NCBI GenBank assembly: GCA_902608305.1
Contig: CACLNK010000001.1
Span: forward strand, 12,244-76,243
From: an uncultured Pelagibacteraceae bacterium
Lineage (GTDB): Bacteria > Pseudomonadota > Alphaproteobacteria > Pelagibacterales > Pelagibacteraceae
Length of the DNA: 64,000 nt
Reading direction: 5' to 3'
Below are positions 1 through 11,932 of the stretch, piece by piece. A program made the translations under genes and the position numbers. The notes beneath the pieces were generated by a model that was not told the origin of the DNA, did not search any database, and worked only from the letters and a program-made list of their open reading frames with translations. Each line of letters opens with the position of its first letter. The stretch's first letter is position 1.

Positions 1-263
1 AAGAATTAAAATTTGCCCAAAAAGAAGAAATGGATCAACGGAAAGATCTATTAAAAGATTCTATCAAAATTTTAAATGATAGAGAAAAAGAAATTCTCTA
101 TGCTAGAAGACTTGATGATGATCCCATAACATTAGAAGATTTGAGTAAAAAATATAAAATTAGTAGAGAAAGAATTAGGCAAATAGAAAATAAAGCTTTT
201 GAAAAAGTACAAAAACATATGCTAAACTCTGCTAGATCAAAAAATTTACTTCCAGCTAATTAA
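1..263 (+). CDS. rpoH: RNA polymerase sigma-32 factor, 3' part (truncated by window edge)
   Basis: Sigma region 4 HTH (TLEDLSKKYKISRERIRQIENKAFEK); frame open from base 3; adjacency to purA fits alphaproteobacterial rpoH. Confidence 0.85.
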   Translation, partial: ELKFAQKEEMDQRKDLLKDSIKILNDREKEILYARRLDDDPITLEDLSKKYKISRERIRQIENKAFEKVQKHMLNSARSKNLLPAN

Positions 264-265
264 AA

Positions 266-1558
266 CTATAAATCGAAAGGGTTTTCTAAAAGAATCGTAT
301 CTTCTCTTTTGGGGCTTGTAGAAATACTAGAGATTTTAGCTCCAATAAAATCTTCAAGTGCAAATATATATTTTTTTGCATTACTTGGTAATGATTCAAT
401 ATTTTTTATTCCTTTGGTAGGAGATTTCCATCCCTCAAAAACTTTATAGATCGGTTTTATCTTTAATTGATCTTCAGCAGCTGCGGGTAAATAGTTAATT
501 TTTTTCCCGTTCAGCTCATATTGAACACAAATCTTTATTTCATCTAATTCATCCAATACATCTAATTTAGTTAATGCAATTCCATTTATTCCAGAAACTT
601 TTATAGTTTGACGAACAAGTACTCCGTCAAACCAGCCACATCTTCTTTTTCTACTCGTTACCGTTCCAAATTCTTTTCCTTTTTTACCTAAAAACCTGCC
701 AATTTTATCTTTTAATTCTGTTGGAAAAGGACCTTCGCCAACTCTAGTTGTATACGATTTTGTTATACCTAAAACATATTGAATTGAATCAGGTCCACAA
801 CCTGTGCCTGTGGCTGCACTTGCAGCAACCGTATTTGAAGAAGTTACAAAAGGATAAGTTCCATGGTCTACATCTAGTAAAATTCCTTGTGCTCCTTCAA
901 AAAGGATTTTCTTTTTTCTTTTTTTAAATTCATCAATTTTTAGCCAAACGGGTTGTGAAAACTTTAAAATTTCAGGCGCAATTTTTAATAATTGTTTTTT
1001 TAATTCGTCCTTTTTATATTTTTTTTTACCTAGACCCTTTCTAATTGCATTGTGGTGAAGTAAAACATTTTTTAATCTATGATCCAAATTACTTTCAGAT
1101 CTTAAATCCATAACACGAATTGATCTTCTGCCAACCTTATCTTCGTAAGCTGGACCTATTCCTCTTCTAGTAGTGCCAATTTTACCTTTTCCTGCTGCAT
1201 CCTCTCTTATTTCGTCCATCTCTTTATGAAAAGGCAATATAAGGGTTGCTGAGTCTGAGATAATAAAATTATTTTCGTTTACTTCTACACCTTTCAATTT
1301 AATTTCTTTGATCTCATCAAGCAATGCCCACGGATCTACTACAACGCCATTACCTATAACTGATATTTTATTTTTTCTAACAATTCCTGATGGAAGTAAT
1401 CTTAATTTATAAGTTACGTCATCAATTACTAAGGTATGCCCAGCGTTATGACCACCTTGAAAACGAATAACTACATCTGCTTGGTCTGATAACCAGTCAA
1501 CAATTTTTCCTTTGCCTTCATCTCCCCACTGTGAACCTACAACAACAATATTTTTCAT
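266..1558 (-). CDS. purA: Adenylosuccinate synthetase
   Basis: [33 protein letters not shown] motifs. Confidence 0.99.
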   Translation of the reverse strand: MKNIVVVGSQWGDEGKGKIVDWLSDQADVVIRFQGGHNAGHTLVIDDVTYKLRLLPSGIVRKNKISVIGNGVVVDPWALLDEIKEIKLKGVEVNENNFIISDSATLILPFHKEMDEIREDAAGKGKIGTTRRGIGPAYEDKVGRRSIRVMDLRSESNLDHRLKNVLLHHNAIRKGLGKKKYKKDELKKQLLKIAPEILKFSQPVWLKIDEFKKRKKKILFEGAQGILLDVDHGTYPFVTSSNTVAASAATGTGCGPDSIQYVLGITKSYTTRVGEGPFPTELKDKIGRFLGKKGKEFGTVTSRKRRCGWFDGVLVRQTIKVSGINGIALTKLDVLDELDEIKICVQYELNGKKINYLPAAAEDQLKIKPIYKVFEGWKSPTKGIKNIESLPSNAKKYIFALEDFIGAKISSISTSPKREDTILLENPFDL

Positions 1559-2370
1559 TATCTAAATTTTTTATATATTATAATCGAATTTAAATGGTTT
1601 ATTGGACCATAGCCCTTACCATAGTTAAGCTTAGATCCTATGGCATGGTTTACATACTTAGTGCCTAACTCACAAGATTTCTTTAATGGTTTTCCACACG
1701 AAAAATATGTAGTAATAGCGCTTGCTAAAGTACATCCTGTTCCATGTGTATTTTTGGTTGCAATTTTTTTATTTTTAAAAATTTTAATTTCATTTTTATT
1801 AACAAATACATCGTTAACAGTTTTTGTATTCAAATGCCCTCCTTTAACTAAAACGTTATTAGCACCTTTGCTAAGCAATATATTTGCTGCATAAATCATA
1901 TCTTCCATATTATTTATTTTTGTTTTGGTTAAAATTTCAGTCTCAAAAATATTTGGAGTTATCAAGGTTGCTTTTTTGATCAATTTATTTTTTAAAATGT
2001 TTATTGCTTTATTATCTATTAATCTTGTACCACCTTTAGCCACCATGACAGGGTCCAAAACTATCTTTGAAATTTTAACTTTATTTAATGCCCTAATTAC
2101 TGAATTTATAACTTTTGAAGAATGCAACATGCCAATTTTGATTGCATCTGGTTTGATGTCCTGGCATGTAAATGTAATTTGTTTAAAAATCTCTTTAGAA
2201 TCAATAGAAACAATTGATTTAACCCCTGTTGTATTTTGAGTAGTAATTGCTGTAATTGCTGTCATTGCATAGGAACCTAATGCTGTAACTGTTTTAATAT
2301 CTGCTTGAATGCCAGCCCCTCCAGAAGAATCTGACCCTGCTATTATGAGAACTTTAGATTTTGGTTTCAA
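1558..2370 (-). CDS. thiD: Hydroxymethylpyrimidine/phosphomethylpyrimidine kinase
   Basis: [35 protein letters not shown]. Confidence 0.97.
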   Translation of the reverse strand: MKPKSKVLIIAGSDSSGGAGIQADIKTVTALGSYAMTAITAITTQNTTGVKSIVSIDSKEIFKQITFTCQDIKPDAIKIGMLHSSKVINSVIRALNKVKISKIVLDPVMVAKGGTRLIDNKAINILKNKLIKKATLITPNIFETEILTKTKINNMEDMIYAANILLSKGANNVLVKGGHLNTKTVNDVFVNKNEIKIFKNKKIATKNTHGTGCTLASAITTYFSCGKPLKKSCELGTKYVNHAIGSKLNYGKGYGPINHLNSIIIYKKFR

Positions 2371-2371
2371 T

Positions 2372-3703
2372 TTATTTGATTGTTCTTTTTATTATATCAA
2401 TACACCTTTTATTCAATTTTTTATTATTAGATTCTATCATAATTCTTATCTTTGACTCGGTTCCTGATTTTCTTACTAACAATCTGCCTTTTCCATTAAT
2501 TATTTTGCTTGCAAATTTAATGGCTTTTTTACAATTAATATTATCAATAATATTTTTATCTTTAACTTCTACGTTTTCTAAAATTTGTGGTGTCTGCTTA
2601 AATACATTAAAAAACTTGCTAGCTTTTTTTCCCTTTCTAAGGGAAAACAAAATTTCTAACGCTACTAACAGACCATCACCAGTTGTTGCAAATTTTCCTA
2701 AAATTATATGACCTGATTGTTCTCCACCCAAATTAAACTTATTTTTTTTCATCTTTTCTTTAACATAACGATCACCTACGTCTGCTCTAAGAAACCTTAT
2801 TTTATTTCTCTTAAAAAACTTTTCTAGACCATAATTGGACATTAATGTGCCAATTACTCCGCCACGTAACATTTTTTTATTTTTCCATCTTTTAGCTAAT
2901 GCCGCTATGATTTGGTCTCCATCAATTATATTGCCTTTTTCATCGCTCATTATTACTCTATCTCCATCCCCATCTAGAGAGATTCCAAGATGTGCTTTAT
3001 ATTTTTTAACGACGGCTTGAATCTTTTTTGGAAAAGTAGAGCCACATTTATAATTAATATTTAAACCATTTGGCTTAATTCCGGTTGCGATTACTTTTGC
3101 ACCTAATATTTTTAATAATGTTGGGCCAGATTTGTAACTTGCTCCATTAGCACAATCTATAACGATTTTAAGACCTTTTAAGCTAAAATTTCTTGGAAAA
3201 TTTTTACGTAAAATTTTAATATATTCATCGGTTCCATTTTCTAGTCTTTTAACTCTGCCAAGAACTTTTGGTTTGGAAAGCTGAGTAATAGTTTTTTGAT
3301 CAATTAGAGTTTCAATTTTTTTTTCAATTTTATCTGAAAGTTTTAATCCATCCGGACCGAATAATTTTAAACCATTGTCATGATAAGGGTTGTGTGAAGC
3401 TGTAATCATGATACCCATATTTGCTTTCATGGATTTAGTTAACATTGCAAGCCCGTTAGTTGGCAATGGCCCTAGTGTAAATACGTGCATTCCTGCAGAT
3501 GCTAATCCCGAGACCAATGCAGGTTCCAAAGTATATCCTGATAACCTTGTATCTTTTGCTATTATTGCTGTTTGTTTAGTTTTTTTTTGATTTTTAAAAA
3601 ATGTTCCTGCGGCTAAACCAAATTTAAAAAACATTTCGCCATTGATTTTCTCCTGATTTACTGGGCCTCTTATTCCATCTGTACCAAAATATTTTTTTGT
3701 CAT
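2372..3703 (-). CDS. glmM: Phosphoglucosamine mutase
   Basis: YFGTDGIRG, ITASHNP, DGDGDR, GGEQSGH. Confidence 0.97.
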   Translation of the reverse strand: MTKKYFGTDGIRGPVNQEKINGEMFFKFGLAAGTFFKNQKKTKQTAIIAKDTRLSGYTLEPALVSGLASAGMHVFTLGPLPTNGLAMLTKSMKANMGIMITASHNPYHDNGLKLFGPDGLKLSDKIEKKIETLIDQKTITQLSKPKVLGRVKRLENGTDEYIKILRKNFPRNFSLKGLKIVIDCANGASYKSGPTLLKILGAKVIATGIKPNGLNINYKCGSTFPKKIQAVVKKYKAHLGISLDGDGDRVIMSDEKGNIIDGDQIIAALAKRWKNKKMLRGGVIGTLMSNYGLEKFFKRNKIRFLRADVGDRYVKEKMKKNKFNLGGEQSGHIILGKFATTGDGLLVALEILFSLRKGKKASKFFNVFKQTPQILENVEVKDKNIIDNINCKKAIKFASKIINGKGRLLVRKSGTESKIRIMIESNNKKLNKRCIDIIKRTIK

Positions 3704-4758
3704 TAATTTTTTAATAATTCTCTAAATACTTTAATACCTTGGCTAACTTCATTAACATCGTGTACTCTTAAAATTTGAACGCCCTGCATTAACGTAAATA
3801 ATATTGATCCAAGCGTTCCTCCCAATCTATCTTTACTATCATTTTTTCCAGAAATATCTTTAATAAATTTTTTTCTGGACATGCCGAGTAATATAGGAAA
3901 ACCCAAACTATGAAAAAGAGAAATTTTAGAAATTAATGTAATATTATGTTTCAAGTTTTTACCAAAACCTATGCCAGGATCAATTATAATATTATTATGC
4001 TTAATGCCTTTAAAACGAGCGTACTTTATCTTTTCTTCAAAATAATCATAAATATCTAATAATACATTTTTATATTTTGGATTTTTTTGCATTGTGGATG
4101 GTTTGCCTTGAATGTGATGTATAACAAAAGGCATGTTGTATTTTTTTATAATTTTAATTGATTGATTATCAAATTTTAATCCTGAAATATCATTAATAAG
4201 TTTAATGCCAAGCTTTATTCCTTTTTCCATTATCAAGGATTTTCTACTATCTAAAGATACTGGTATTTTTTTCTTTTTTAATTTTTTAAGAGTTAGTCCA
4301 ATTCTATTCCATTCATTTTTGCTTTTAATTTCTTTAGATCCTGGGCGCGCAGATTCTCCACCAACATCAATAATGTTTGATCCTGCTTTAAATAACTGAA
4401 GAGCGTGATTATAACCTAAATTATTTTTATTATATTTTCCTCCATCAGAAAAACTATCAGGGGTTAAGTTTAAAACTCCCATAATATTTGGAAGATTTTT
4501 AAAACTTAAATTTGAAAAATTTTTTTTTCTTTTCGCTATAATTTTTAAATCTTTGTTAACTTTTTTTTTTAACTCTAATGGTAAATTTTTTATTTCTTTA
4601 ATACTAATTAATTTGCTATTATTTCTCGATAAAATTTCTATATGATCAAAAGAAATTTCTAAATTGCTATTAAGTGGTAATGCCTTTTTCTTTTTAACTA
4701 AGTTTTTTGAATTACTACCATAATGAAAATTACACACTCTTGTGTAATATTTTTTCAT
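3703..4758 (-). CDS. folP: Dihydropteroate synthase with ~90-aa N-terminal extension
   Basis: MGVLNLTPDSFSDGG, IDVGGESARPG, DPGIGFGK, SRK, RVHDV; ftsH-folP-glmM order. Confidence 0.96.
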   Translation of the reverse strand: MKKYYTRVCNFHYGSNSKNLVKKKKALPLNSNLEISFDHIEILSRNNSKLISIKEIKNLPLELKKKVNKDLKIIAKRKKNFSNLSFKNLPNIMGVLNLTPDSFSDGGKYNKNNLGYNHALQLFKAGSNIIDVGGESARPGSKEIKSKNEWNRIGLTLKKLKKKKIPVSLDSRKSLIMEKGIKLGIKLINDISGLKFDNQSIKIIKKYNMPFVIHHIQGKPSTMQKNPKYKNVLLDIYDYFEEKIKYARFKGIKHNNIIIDPGIGFGKNLKHNITLISKISLFHSLGFPILLGMSRKKFIKDISGKNDSKDRLGGTLGSILFTLMQGVQILRVHDVNEVSQGIKVFRELLKN

Positions 4759-4764
4759 TACAAA

Positions 4765-6657
4765 TTAGTGAACAATTTTTGGCTTTAATCCAATAGATCC
4801 TAGTGCTGATCCTTGGTCTTCATCTTCAACTTTTAAATCTTCTTTGTTTGCAGGATATACATTTTTATTAACTAAATTTTCAATTTCTTCACCTGTTAAT
4901 GTTTCGTATGTTAAAAGTGCCTTTGCTAATTTGTGCAAATCATCAAGTTTTTCTGTAAGAACTTTTTTTGCTCTGTCATACCCTTTATCAACAATCTTTC
5001 TTATTTCTAAATCCACTTTTCTTGATGTTTCTTCAGACATATGCTGTTGTCTTGCAACTGATCTTCCTAGGAACACTTCTTCTTCATTTTCTCCATAAGC
5101 AACGGGGCCCAATTCTTTACTTAAGCCTGCTTTCATAACCATTGCTCTTGCTCTTTTTGTAGCTTGCTCAATGTCACTTGAGGCTCCAGTCGTAACCTTG
5201 TCTTCACCAAAAATAATTTCTTCTGCCACTCTTCCTCCCATAGCTATAGCCATTTGAGCGTGTAATTGTTCTCTAGTTTGAGATAACTCATCTCTTTCAG
5301 GAAGCTGCATAACCATTCCTAGCGCTCTTCCTCTTGGTATTATTGTTGCTTTGTGAATTGGGTGAGCTGCTTTTTCATTAATAGTTACTATTGCATGCCC
5401 AGCTTCATGGTAAGCAGTTAATTTTTTTTCTTCTTCTGTCATTACCATTGATCTTCTTTCGGCACCCATCATAACTTTATCCTTAGCTTCTTCGAATTCA
5501 GTATACGTCACTATTCTTTTGTTTTTTCTTGCTGCTAGTAAAGCTGCTTCATTAACTAAGTTTGCCAAATCTGCACCTGAAAAACCAGGTGTTCCTCTTG
5601 CTACAATTCTTAAATTAATATCTGGAGTCATTGATATTTTTTTTACATGTACTTTTAAAATTTTTTCTCTACCAAGAATATCTGGTAGTGATACGACCAC
5701 CTGTCTATCAAATCTTCCTGGTCTTAAAAGTGCAGGATCTAAAACATCTGGTCTGTTAGTAGCGGCAATTATTATTACTCCTTCATTAGTGTCAAAACCA
5801 TCCATCTCTACTAACAATTGATTTAAAGTTTGTTCTCTCTCATCATTGCCACCGCCTAATCCAGCTCCTCGACTTCTTCCAACAGCATCTATTTCATCTA
5901 TAAAAATAATACACGGAGAATGTTTTTTTCCTTGTTCAAACATATCTCTAACTCTTGAAGCGCCAACTCCAACAAACATTTCAACAAAGTCTGATCCTGA
6001 AATAGTAAAGAATGGAACATCTGCTTCTCCAGCTATAGCCCTTGCTAGTAAAGTTTTACCTGTACCTGGGGCTCCTACCAATAAACATCCTCTTGGTATT
6101 TTTCCCCCAAGTCGACTAAATTTTTTTGGATCTTTTAAAAATTCAACAACTTCTTCAACTTCTTCTTTTGCTTCTTCAATACCAGCTACATCATTAAAAG
6201 TTACCTTGCCTTTTAATTCATTCATCATTTTCGCTTTTGATCTACCAAAACCCATAGCACCACCTTTGCCACCTTGCATTTGTCTCATAAAGAAAATCCA
6301 AACTGCAATTAATAACAACATTGGAAACCAAGATAAAAGCACTCCAAACAATGAAGGCATTTTTTCTTCTAAAGGTGCTGCTGAAATACTTACACCTTTG
6401 TTAGTAAGCTTCTCAATTAAGTTAGGATCATTAGGTGAGTAGGTTGAAAATCTACTTCCGTTAGATAAAATTCCGTGAATATTATTTCCTTGGATTTGAA
6501 CTTCGACAACTCTACCATTGTCGACCTCTGATAAAAATTCAGAAAATATTATTGTATCTTTTTTGTTAATCGAGCTTTGTGGATTTTTAAACATATTGTA
6601 TAAGCCAATAGTTAAAAAAACTATTACACCCCACATCGCTAAATTTTTTAAATTCAT
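4765..6657 (-). CDS. ftsH: ATP-dependent zinc metalloprotease FtsH
   Basis: Two TM segments, Walker [26 protein letters not shown]. Confidence 0.99.
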   Translation of the reverse strand: MNLKNLAMWGVIVFLTIGLYNMFKNPQSSINKKDTIIFSEFLSEVDNGRVVEVQIQGNNIHGILSNGSRFSTYSPNDPNLIEKLTNKGVSISAAPLEEKMPSLFGVLLSWFPMLLLIAVWIFFMRQMQGGKGGAMGFGRSKAKMMNELKGKVTFNDVAGIEEAKEEVEEVVEFLKDPKKFSRLGGKIPRGCLLVGAPGTGKTLLARAIAGEADVPFFTISGSDFVEMFVGVGASRVRDMFEQGKKHSPCIIFIDEIDAVGRSRGAGLGGGNDEREQTLNQLLVEMDGFDTNEGVIIIAATNRPDVLDPALLRPGRFDRQVVVSLPDILGREKILKVHVKKISMTPDINLRIVARGTPGFSGADLANLVNEAALLAARKNKRIVTYTEFEEAKDKVMMGAERRSMVMTEEEKKLTAYHEAGHAIVTINEKAAHPIHKATIIPRGRALGMVMQLPERDELSQTREQLHAQMAIAMGGRVAEEIIFGEDKVTTGASSDIEQATKRARAMVMKAGLSKELGPVAYGENEEEVFLGRSVARQQHMSEETSRKVDLEIRKIVDKGYDRAKKVLTEKLDDLHKLAKALLTYETLTGEEIENLVNKNVYPANKEDLKVEDEDQGSALGSIGLKPKIVH

Positions 6658-6723
6658 ATGATTAAGATAAGAATTATTATTAATTAAACAAGTGTCATTT
6701 TACAACAATATTGAGTTTCAAAG

Positions 6724-7770
6724 TTAATTTTCATTAGAAATTAAGACAGTTTCGTTAACTTTTTCAATGCAGCACCCACCCAGAGTCAATTTTTTAGCCT
6801 TATTAGACTTAATATTATAAATTGCATCTAAAATACTTTTTCCTCTTGGTGCATAGTATCTTTTACTAACTAATTTTAAAATTGAAGAAATACTTCTAAA
6901 AATTACTTCTTCAGATTGATTGAAAAAAAATTTATTCAAAATGTAAATATTTTTTTGTTTAATAAATTTTGCATTATATTGAATATTTTTTTCTACATAA
7001 AAATTTATAGCTCTATCTGCAGATTTAAGATTTTTAATTGTTAGACCTAATTTTTTTTTATCAAACCCTTCTTTGTTTAACTCAAAAATAAGTTTTCTTA
7101 TTCTGGTTCTTTGAAAAAGAAAATTTTTATTAGATGGATCTTTAATAAAAAATTGAAAAACGTTTTTAGAAATATAAATTAAATCTTTTTTTTCAAAATC
7201 GATCATTGGTCTTAAAATTAAAATATTATTTTCTTTTTCTTTAGCAATTTCGCCGAAAGATGAAAGTCCTTTTAATCCACTGCCTCTTAAAAGTCTTATA
7301 AAAAAATTTTCATATAGATCGTCGATATGATGTCCCATTAAAAGTTGATTAATATTATTTTTTTTACATGCATTTTTTAGAAGATTATACCTATTATTTC
7401 TAGCAATTCCTTGGATATTGGAATGAGGTTTCTTGCCTTCCCACTTTAAAATATTACAATCAATATCAAATTTACTTAAAAATAATTTAACTAATTTAGC
7501 TTCCTTTGAAGAATTTTTCCTTAGCTTATGATCTACAATAAAAAATTTAGCATCTAATTTATTTATTAATGAATAACATTTTGTTAAAAATGCCAAAGCT
7601 AGACTGTCTGGACCTCCTGAAACAGCTGCGCCAATTTTAATTTCTTTCTTAGCGTTTTTTTCTAAATAATTTTTAAATTTCTTAAAAATTTTATTAATTT
7701 TTTTATTTTTTAAATGATTAAGAAGTAATTTATGTATTATCTTTTTTGCACTCAAACTTTTTTTCTTCAT
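6724..7770 (-). CDS. tilS: tRNA(Ile)-lysidine synthase
   Basis: SGGPDS PP-loop, VDHKLR, DPSN, RTRIR; start moved to ATG 7770 to reduce overlap. Confidence 0.93.
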   Translation of the reverse strand: MKKKSLSAKKIIHKLLLNHLKNKKINKIFKKFKNYLEKNAKKEIKIGAAVSGGPDSLALAFLTKCYSLINKLDAKFFIVDHKLRKNSSKEAKLVKLFLSKFDIDCNILKWEGKKPHSNIQGIARNNRYNLLKNACKKNNINQLLMGHHIDDLYENFFIRLLRGSGLKGLSSFGEIAKEKENNILILRPMIDFEKKDLIYISKNVFQFFIKDPSNKNFLFQRTRIRKLIFELNKEGFDKKKLGLTIKNLKSADRAINFYVEKNIQYNAKFIKQKNIYILNKFFFNQSEEVIFRSISSILKLVSKRYYAPRGKSILDAIYNIKSNKAKKLTLGGCCIEKVNETVLISNEN

Positions 7771-8695
7771 ATTTTGCTTTTTGAAGAACAGATTGATTTG
7801 CTTTTGGATATTGCTCTTTAACACCAGAGATCATTAAGCAACCTTGATCTTTTTCTCCTATTTGAACTAATGATACACCAAGTTTTAATAAATTTATAGG
7901 AGCCTTATTGCTCTTTGGATATTTTTGATATCCTTCCAAATAAGCTGAGGCAGCGTCTGTATATAGTTGTCTAATTCTAAAAGTTTCTGCATACCAGTAT
8001 TGAGCACTTCCTGCTAATTCATGATCCGAATTAGTGATGACAAATTCTCTAAAAGCTCTTTCTGCAGTATTATAATCACCTACTTTCAAAAAACTTGTTG
8101 CAAATTCATATTGCTTTTCTGGTGTTTCGTTTGGTAAAATTTTTTCTTCTGTTTGAACAACTTCGCTCACAACTGTACTTGTTGTTTCTACTGATTGAGT
8201 TTGTTGTGTTGTTTCGTTTGTAGCTGTATCTTTATAAGAAATTGAACCTAAATCTTGTGGTTCTGAAGATCCTGGTAAAGTTTTATTTTCACTTTCTTTT
8301 GGTGTTAAGACTAATTCTTTTGTATCTTCTAATTCTTGAAACCTCATTTGATTATCAGCTTGAACTTTTGACAATCTACTTGATAGTTTATCTAATTTAA
8401 AATTAATTGATTCAAACTTATTAGTTAATTCTTTAAATTGACCTTCAATCTCAGATAATTTTAGTAAATGCCGTGTTAAAACATCTTCGGCATTTTGATC
8501 AAATTCTATTGTTGAGCTTGAAACAATAGAATCAGAATTAGAATCAGAATAAACAGCTTTTTCAAGAGTTTTTAAATCTTTTTGAATTACTTTAAGAATT
8601 TCCAAAACATTTTTATCCTCTGAAAAAGAGTTTTGAGTAAATAATAAGAAAAATAAAAAAAATGTAATTGTTATTTTTTTTTTAAAACTAATCAT
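7730..8695 (-). CDS. cpoB: Tol-Pal associated TPR protein CpoB/YbgF
   Basis: Signal peptide, coiled coil, C-terminal TPR (AQYWYAE, YPKSNKAP, LLKLG); directly after pal. Confidence 0.9.
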   Translation of the reverse strand: MISFKKKITITFFLFFLLFTQNSFSEDKNVLEILKVIQKDLKTLEKAVYSDSNSDSIVSSSTIEFDQNAEDVLTRHLLKLSEIEGQFKELTNKFESINFKLDKLSSRLSKVQADNQMRFQELEDTKELVLTPKESENKTLPGSSEPQDLGSISYKDTATNETTQQTQSVETTSTVVSEVVQTEEKILPNETPEKQYEFATSFLKVGDYNTAERAFREFVITNSDHELAGSAQYWYAETFRIRQLYTDAASAYLEGYQKYPKSNKAPINLLKLGVSLVQIGEKDQGCLMISGVKEQYPKANQSVLQKAKYEEKKFECKKDNT

Positions 8696-8722
8696 TTAAT
8701 TACTTCTAATGATAATGATGGC

Positions 8723-8760
8723 AAAAAAAAGACCCTAGGCATTTTCACGCCAGGGTCTTT
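8723..8760 (-). terminator. Intrinsic terminator after pal
   Basis: Minus strand AAAGACCCTGGC-GTGAAAAT-GCCTAGGGTC followed by T8. Confidence 0.8.
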
Positions 8761-8774
8761 AATAATATTTTAAT

Positions 8775-9263
8775 TTAATTAGCTTTAACTGTAACTGATC
8801 TTCTGTTTTTCGACCAAGACAATGGATTTGATCCTGAATCAACAGGTCTCTCTTTTCCATAGCTAATTACTGAAATTCTACTAGCAGAAACTCCATACGT
8901 CATTAGATAATCTTTTGCTGCATTAGCTCTTCTCTCACCTAATGCTAAGTTATATTCTCTAGTTCCCCGCTCGTCTGCATGGCCTTCTAACACAACAGTT
9001 ATTTCTGAGTTTTCTCTTAACCAAGTCGCCTGTTTTCTAAGAGTTTCTCTTGAACGAGTTGTTAAGATTGATTCATTCGTTGCAAAGAAAACTCTATCTG
9101 GAACACCTGATGCTAAGTATTCAACTGTGTCTGTTCCAGTATAAACATCACCTTGCATTTGTCCTGCAGTTGTCTCAACTTTTTTTGTAGTAGCACAGGC
9201 TGTTAAAATCAAACCTGCCACAAGTACTAAAAAAGTATTTCTTAAAATTTTGTTCAAAGTCAT
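8775..9263 (-). CDS. pal: Peptidoglycan-associated lipoprotein
   Basis: Lipobox LTAC; OmpA-like domain [28 protein letters not shown]. Confidence 0.98.
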   Translation of the reverse strand: MTLNKILRNTFLVLVAGLILTACATTKKVETTAGQMQGDVYTGTDTVEYLASGVPDRVFFATNESILTTRSRETLRKQATWLRENSEITVVLEGHADERGTREYNLALGERRANAAKDYLMTYGVSASRISVISYGKERPVDSGSNPLSWSKNRRSVTVKAN

Positions 9264-9351
9264 TAATGCTCCTTAAGTTGAATAATGTAACTTTTCACAC
9301 CTAAATAGATGTTTCAAGATAAAAAATCAACTTATTTTGATTATTTAACCA

Positions 9352-10692
9352 TTAATTACTCAATAAAGATGACCAGGATGGGTCTGAAGCATCAGTTTTT
9401 GTACGAACTTGCCTCTCATTATAGCCTGTTAAATCAATAGACCATAATTTTGCTGAAAATCCTTCTCCTTTTTCGTCTGTTTTAGTTTCCCTATAAAAAA
9501 CTAAAACTCTTCCATTTGGTGACCATGAAGGAGCTTCTTGATAAAAATTTTCAGTTAATAATCTTTCTCCCGAGCCATCAATTCTCATAACACCTATGTA
9601 AAATTTTCCTTTATGTAATTTTGTAAAAGCAATTAGATCACCTCTTGGAGACCATACCGGTGTTCCGTATAGACCTCTGCCAAATGAAATTCTTTTAACG
9701 TTAGAGCCATCACTTTTCATAACATAAATCTGCTGGTAACCACTTCTATCTGAATTAAAACAAATATATCTTCCATTTGGTGAATAAGAAGGCGAAGTAT
9801 CAATAGAAGGATGATTTGTAATACGTTCAACAATTCTATTTTCTAAGTCCATTGTATAAATGTCAGAGTTACCATCTGAAGCAAAACTCATAATTATTTT
9901 TTTTCCATCTGGTGAAAATCGTGGAGCAAATGTCATTCCTGGAAAATCTCCTACAACTTCTTGAATACCTGTTTCAATATCTAAAAGATAAACTCTTGGT
10001 AAATTTCTAAAATAAGATAAATAAGTTATCATTTGATTGGTAGGATTAAATCTTGGAGTTAAAACTAATTCATTTCCAAGCGTTAAATATTTTACATTAA
10101 AACCATCTTGATCCATTATTGCTAATTTTTTTATTCTTTTTGTTTTGGGACCTTCTTCTGCAACATATATAATTCTTGTATCAAAATACCCTTTTTCACC
10201 AGTTAAGCGTTCATAAACTTTATCAGTAATGATATGTCCTACTCTTCTCCAATTTGTTGGCACCGTCGTAAAAGCAATTGCAAGCATTTCTTTTGCTGCT
10301 AATACATCCCACAATCTAAATTCAACTCTTAAATTTTCATTAATAATTTCTACTTTTCCGGTGATTAAAGCTTGTGCCTTTATTAATTTCCAATCTTCAA
10401 ATCTAGGTTTAAAATGAGCAATGTCAGGTTTTTGTAAAAATGCATCTTTTGTAAGTGGATTAAAAAGTCCTGTTTGTTTTAAATTATTTTCAACTACTAA
10501 TGATATTTCTGATCCGATGTCTTTTATTTTTAAAATTTTTTCAACTTCGACCAGTGATTTTTTATCTGATGCTAGTGGCGAGACAGCCACTGGAAGAGGG
10601 CTTAAATTTCCCCTAGTAATATCTACCTCTATTAAAGCATAAGCTTTAAATTGAATTAATAATAGTATTATTAAAGTTTTTAAAAATTTCAA
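9352..10692 (-). CDS. tolB: Tol-Pal beta-propeller protein TolB
   Basis: PD40 repeats (PRFSPDG, PSYSPNG, PVWSPRG), AIMDQDG; likely TTG start at 10692 giving a signal peptide (track start 10725 overlaps tolA). Confidence 0.96.
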   Translation of the reverse strand: MKFLKTLIILLLIQFKAYALIEVDITRGNLSPLPVAVSPLASDKKSLVEVEKILKIKDIGSEISLVVENNLKQTGLFNPLTKDAFLQKPDIAHFKPRFEDWKLIKAQALITGKVEIINENLRVEFRLWDVLAAKEMLAIAFTTVPTNWRRVGHIITDKVYERLTGEKGYFDTRIIYVAEEGPKTKRIKKLAIMDQDGFNVKYLTLGNELVLTPRFNPTNQMITYLSYFRNLPRVYLLDIETGIQEVVGDFPGMTFAPRFSPDGKKIIMSFASDGNSDIYTMDLENRIVERITNHPSIDTSPSYSPNGRYICFNSDRSGYQQIYVMKSDGSNVKRISFGRGLYGTPVWSPRGDLIAFTKLHKGKFYIGVMRIDGSGERLLTENFYQEAPSWSPNGRVLVFYRETKTDEKGEGFSAKLWSIDLTGYNERQVRTKTDASDPSWSSLLSN

Positions 10693-10696
10693 ATTT

Positions 10697-11508
10697 TCAT
10701 CCTTCCAACATTTCTCTTGCATCAAAATTTAACTGTAAATCTTTCCATCTTTCATAGCCTGTTGTTGGCACTCTTAATGGTTGGCACAGCCTTATTGCTC
10801 TTAATGCGCTCTCAGCTAACACTTTATAAAAACTTTGTCCAGGTTTATTCATTCTTGCATGATCTAATATTTCAGATTTTATTACTGATCCGTCTGGTTT
10901 TAACTTAAGTTTAATACGAACTAGTAAATTTTCTTTATAAGGCAATCCTAATGGAATACTCCAACATCCAAAAATCTGTGCTTTTAATGCGTCTTCTTCA
11001 CTTAAAGAAAGTCCTGTTCTTTCAACATTCTTGTCCTGAGATTGTGTAACTTTGTCTGTTGTTTGAATTGTTTTTGCTACTTCTTCTTTGGACTTATCAA
11101 TTAATGCAGCTATATTATTTGGGTCAAATAATTCTTTTTTTTCAAATTCAGAAACTTGCTTAACCTCTGTTTCAATTTTTTCTGGATTTTGTTTTTTTTC
11201 TTCTATTTTTTTCACTTTTTTAATTTTTTCATTTGGTAGAGGTACGGCTTCAGGTTTTTCTTTTTTTATTTTTTTTGGTGGAGCTTGTTCTGAAACTATT
11301 CTCTCTTTTTTTTTTTTTTAATTTTTTCAATAATTTTTTTTGCCTTTGGGGCAAATGGAATGTTTGTTTTTTCGGTAATTTGAATTAACTCAATTGAGAT
11401 AATTGGCGGAAGATCAATGGGTTTTTTTGCTAAAAAAGGCAAGCTTAATGTTGCAATTATAATTATTATTAAGTGAAAACCAGATGAAATAATAATATTT
11501 CTAGTCAC
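10697..11508 (-). pseudogene. tolA: TolA split into two ORFs (11296-11508 and 10697-11215) by a frameshift in an A14 run; could be an assembly artefact
   Basis: N-terminal TM with SxxxH motif (SSGFH); Lys-rich linker continues in another frame (RIVSEQAPPKKIKKEKPEAVPLP) into the TolA C-domain (CWSIP...ESALRAIRLCQPL); lies between tolR and tolB. Confidence 0.85.
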
Positions 11509-11513
11509 TTTTA

Positions 11514-11930
11514 CTATCTTTCTTTATAAGGCTCAGAAATTAATGCAACTTTTGTAAATCCTGAGCCAGATAACATGCCCATTATTTCCAAAACTCTTCC
11601 ATAATTAATTGTTTTATCTCCTCTTACATAAATTCTTGTATCGGTTCTATTTTTTGAAACTGCTAATATTTTTGCAATAATTTTTTCATAATCCACTTTG
11701 GATTCTTGTATAAAAATTTCACCTTTTGAATTAATAGTGAGAGTTAAAGGTTCCTGCTCTTCTGGAAGGGAGTCTGCTGAACTTTCAGGTAAATCTACTT
11801 GCACTCCTACTGTTAATAATGGAGCTGTTACCATAAATATTATTAGTAAAACCAACATAACATCAACAAAGGGTGTTACATTAATTTCGCTCATAGGTTC
11901 TCTTGATGAACGTTTTAATTTAAAAGCCAT
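11514..11930 (-). CDS. tolR: TolR
   Basis: EINVTPFVDVMLVLLIIFMVTAP; operon position. Confidence 0.97.
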   Translation of the reverse strand: MAFKLKRSSREPMSEINVTPFVDVMLVLLIIFMVTAPLLTVGVQVDLPESSADSLPEEQEPLTLTINSKGEIFIQESKVDYEKIIAKILAVSKNRTDTRIYVRGDKTINYGRVLEIMGMLSGSGFTKVALISEPYKER

Positions 11931-11932
11931 TT

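Noticed and set aside
4844-6442. Antisense ORFs over ftsH (84, 100, 198 aa) and similar shadow ORFs over thiD, glmM, tolQ/R, pgk, guaB, alaS, FNR and prpE
   Set aside because: Fully nested in conserved genes, with Ser/Ile/Phe-rich mirror composition and no motifs; explained by codon bias
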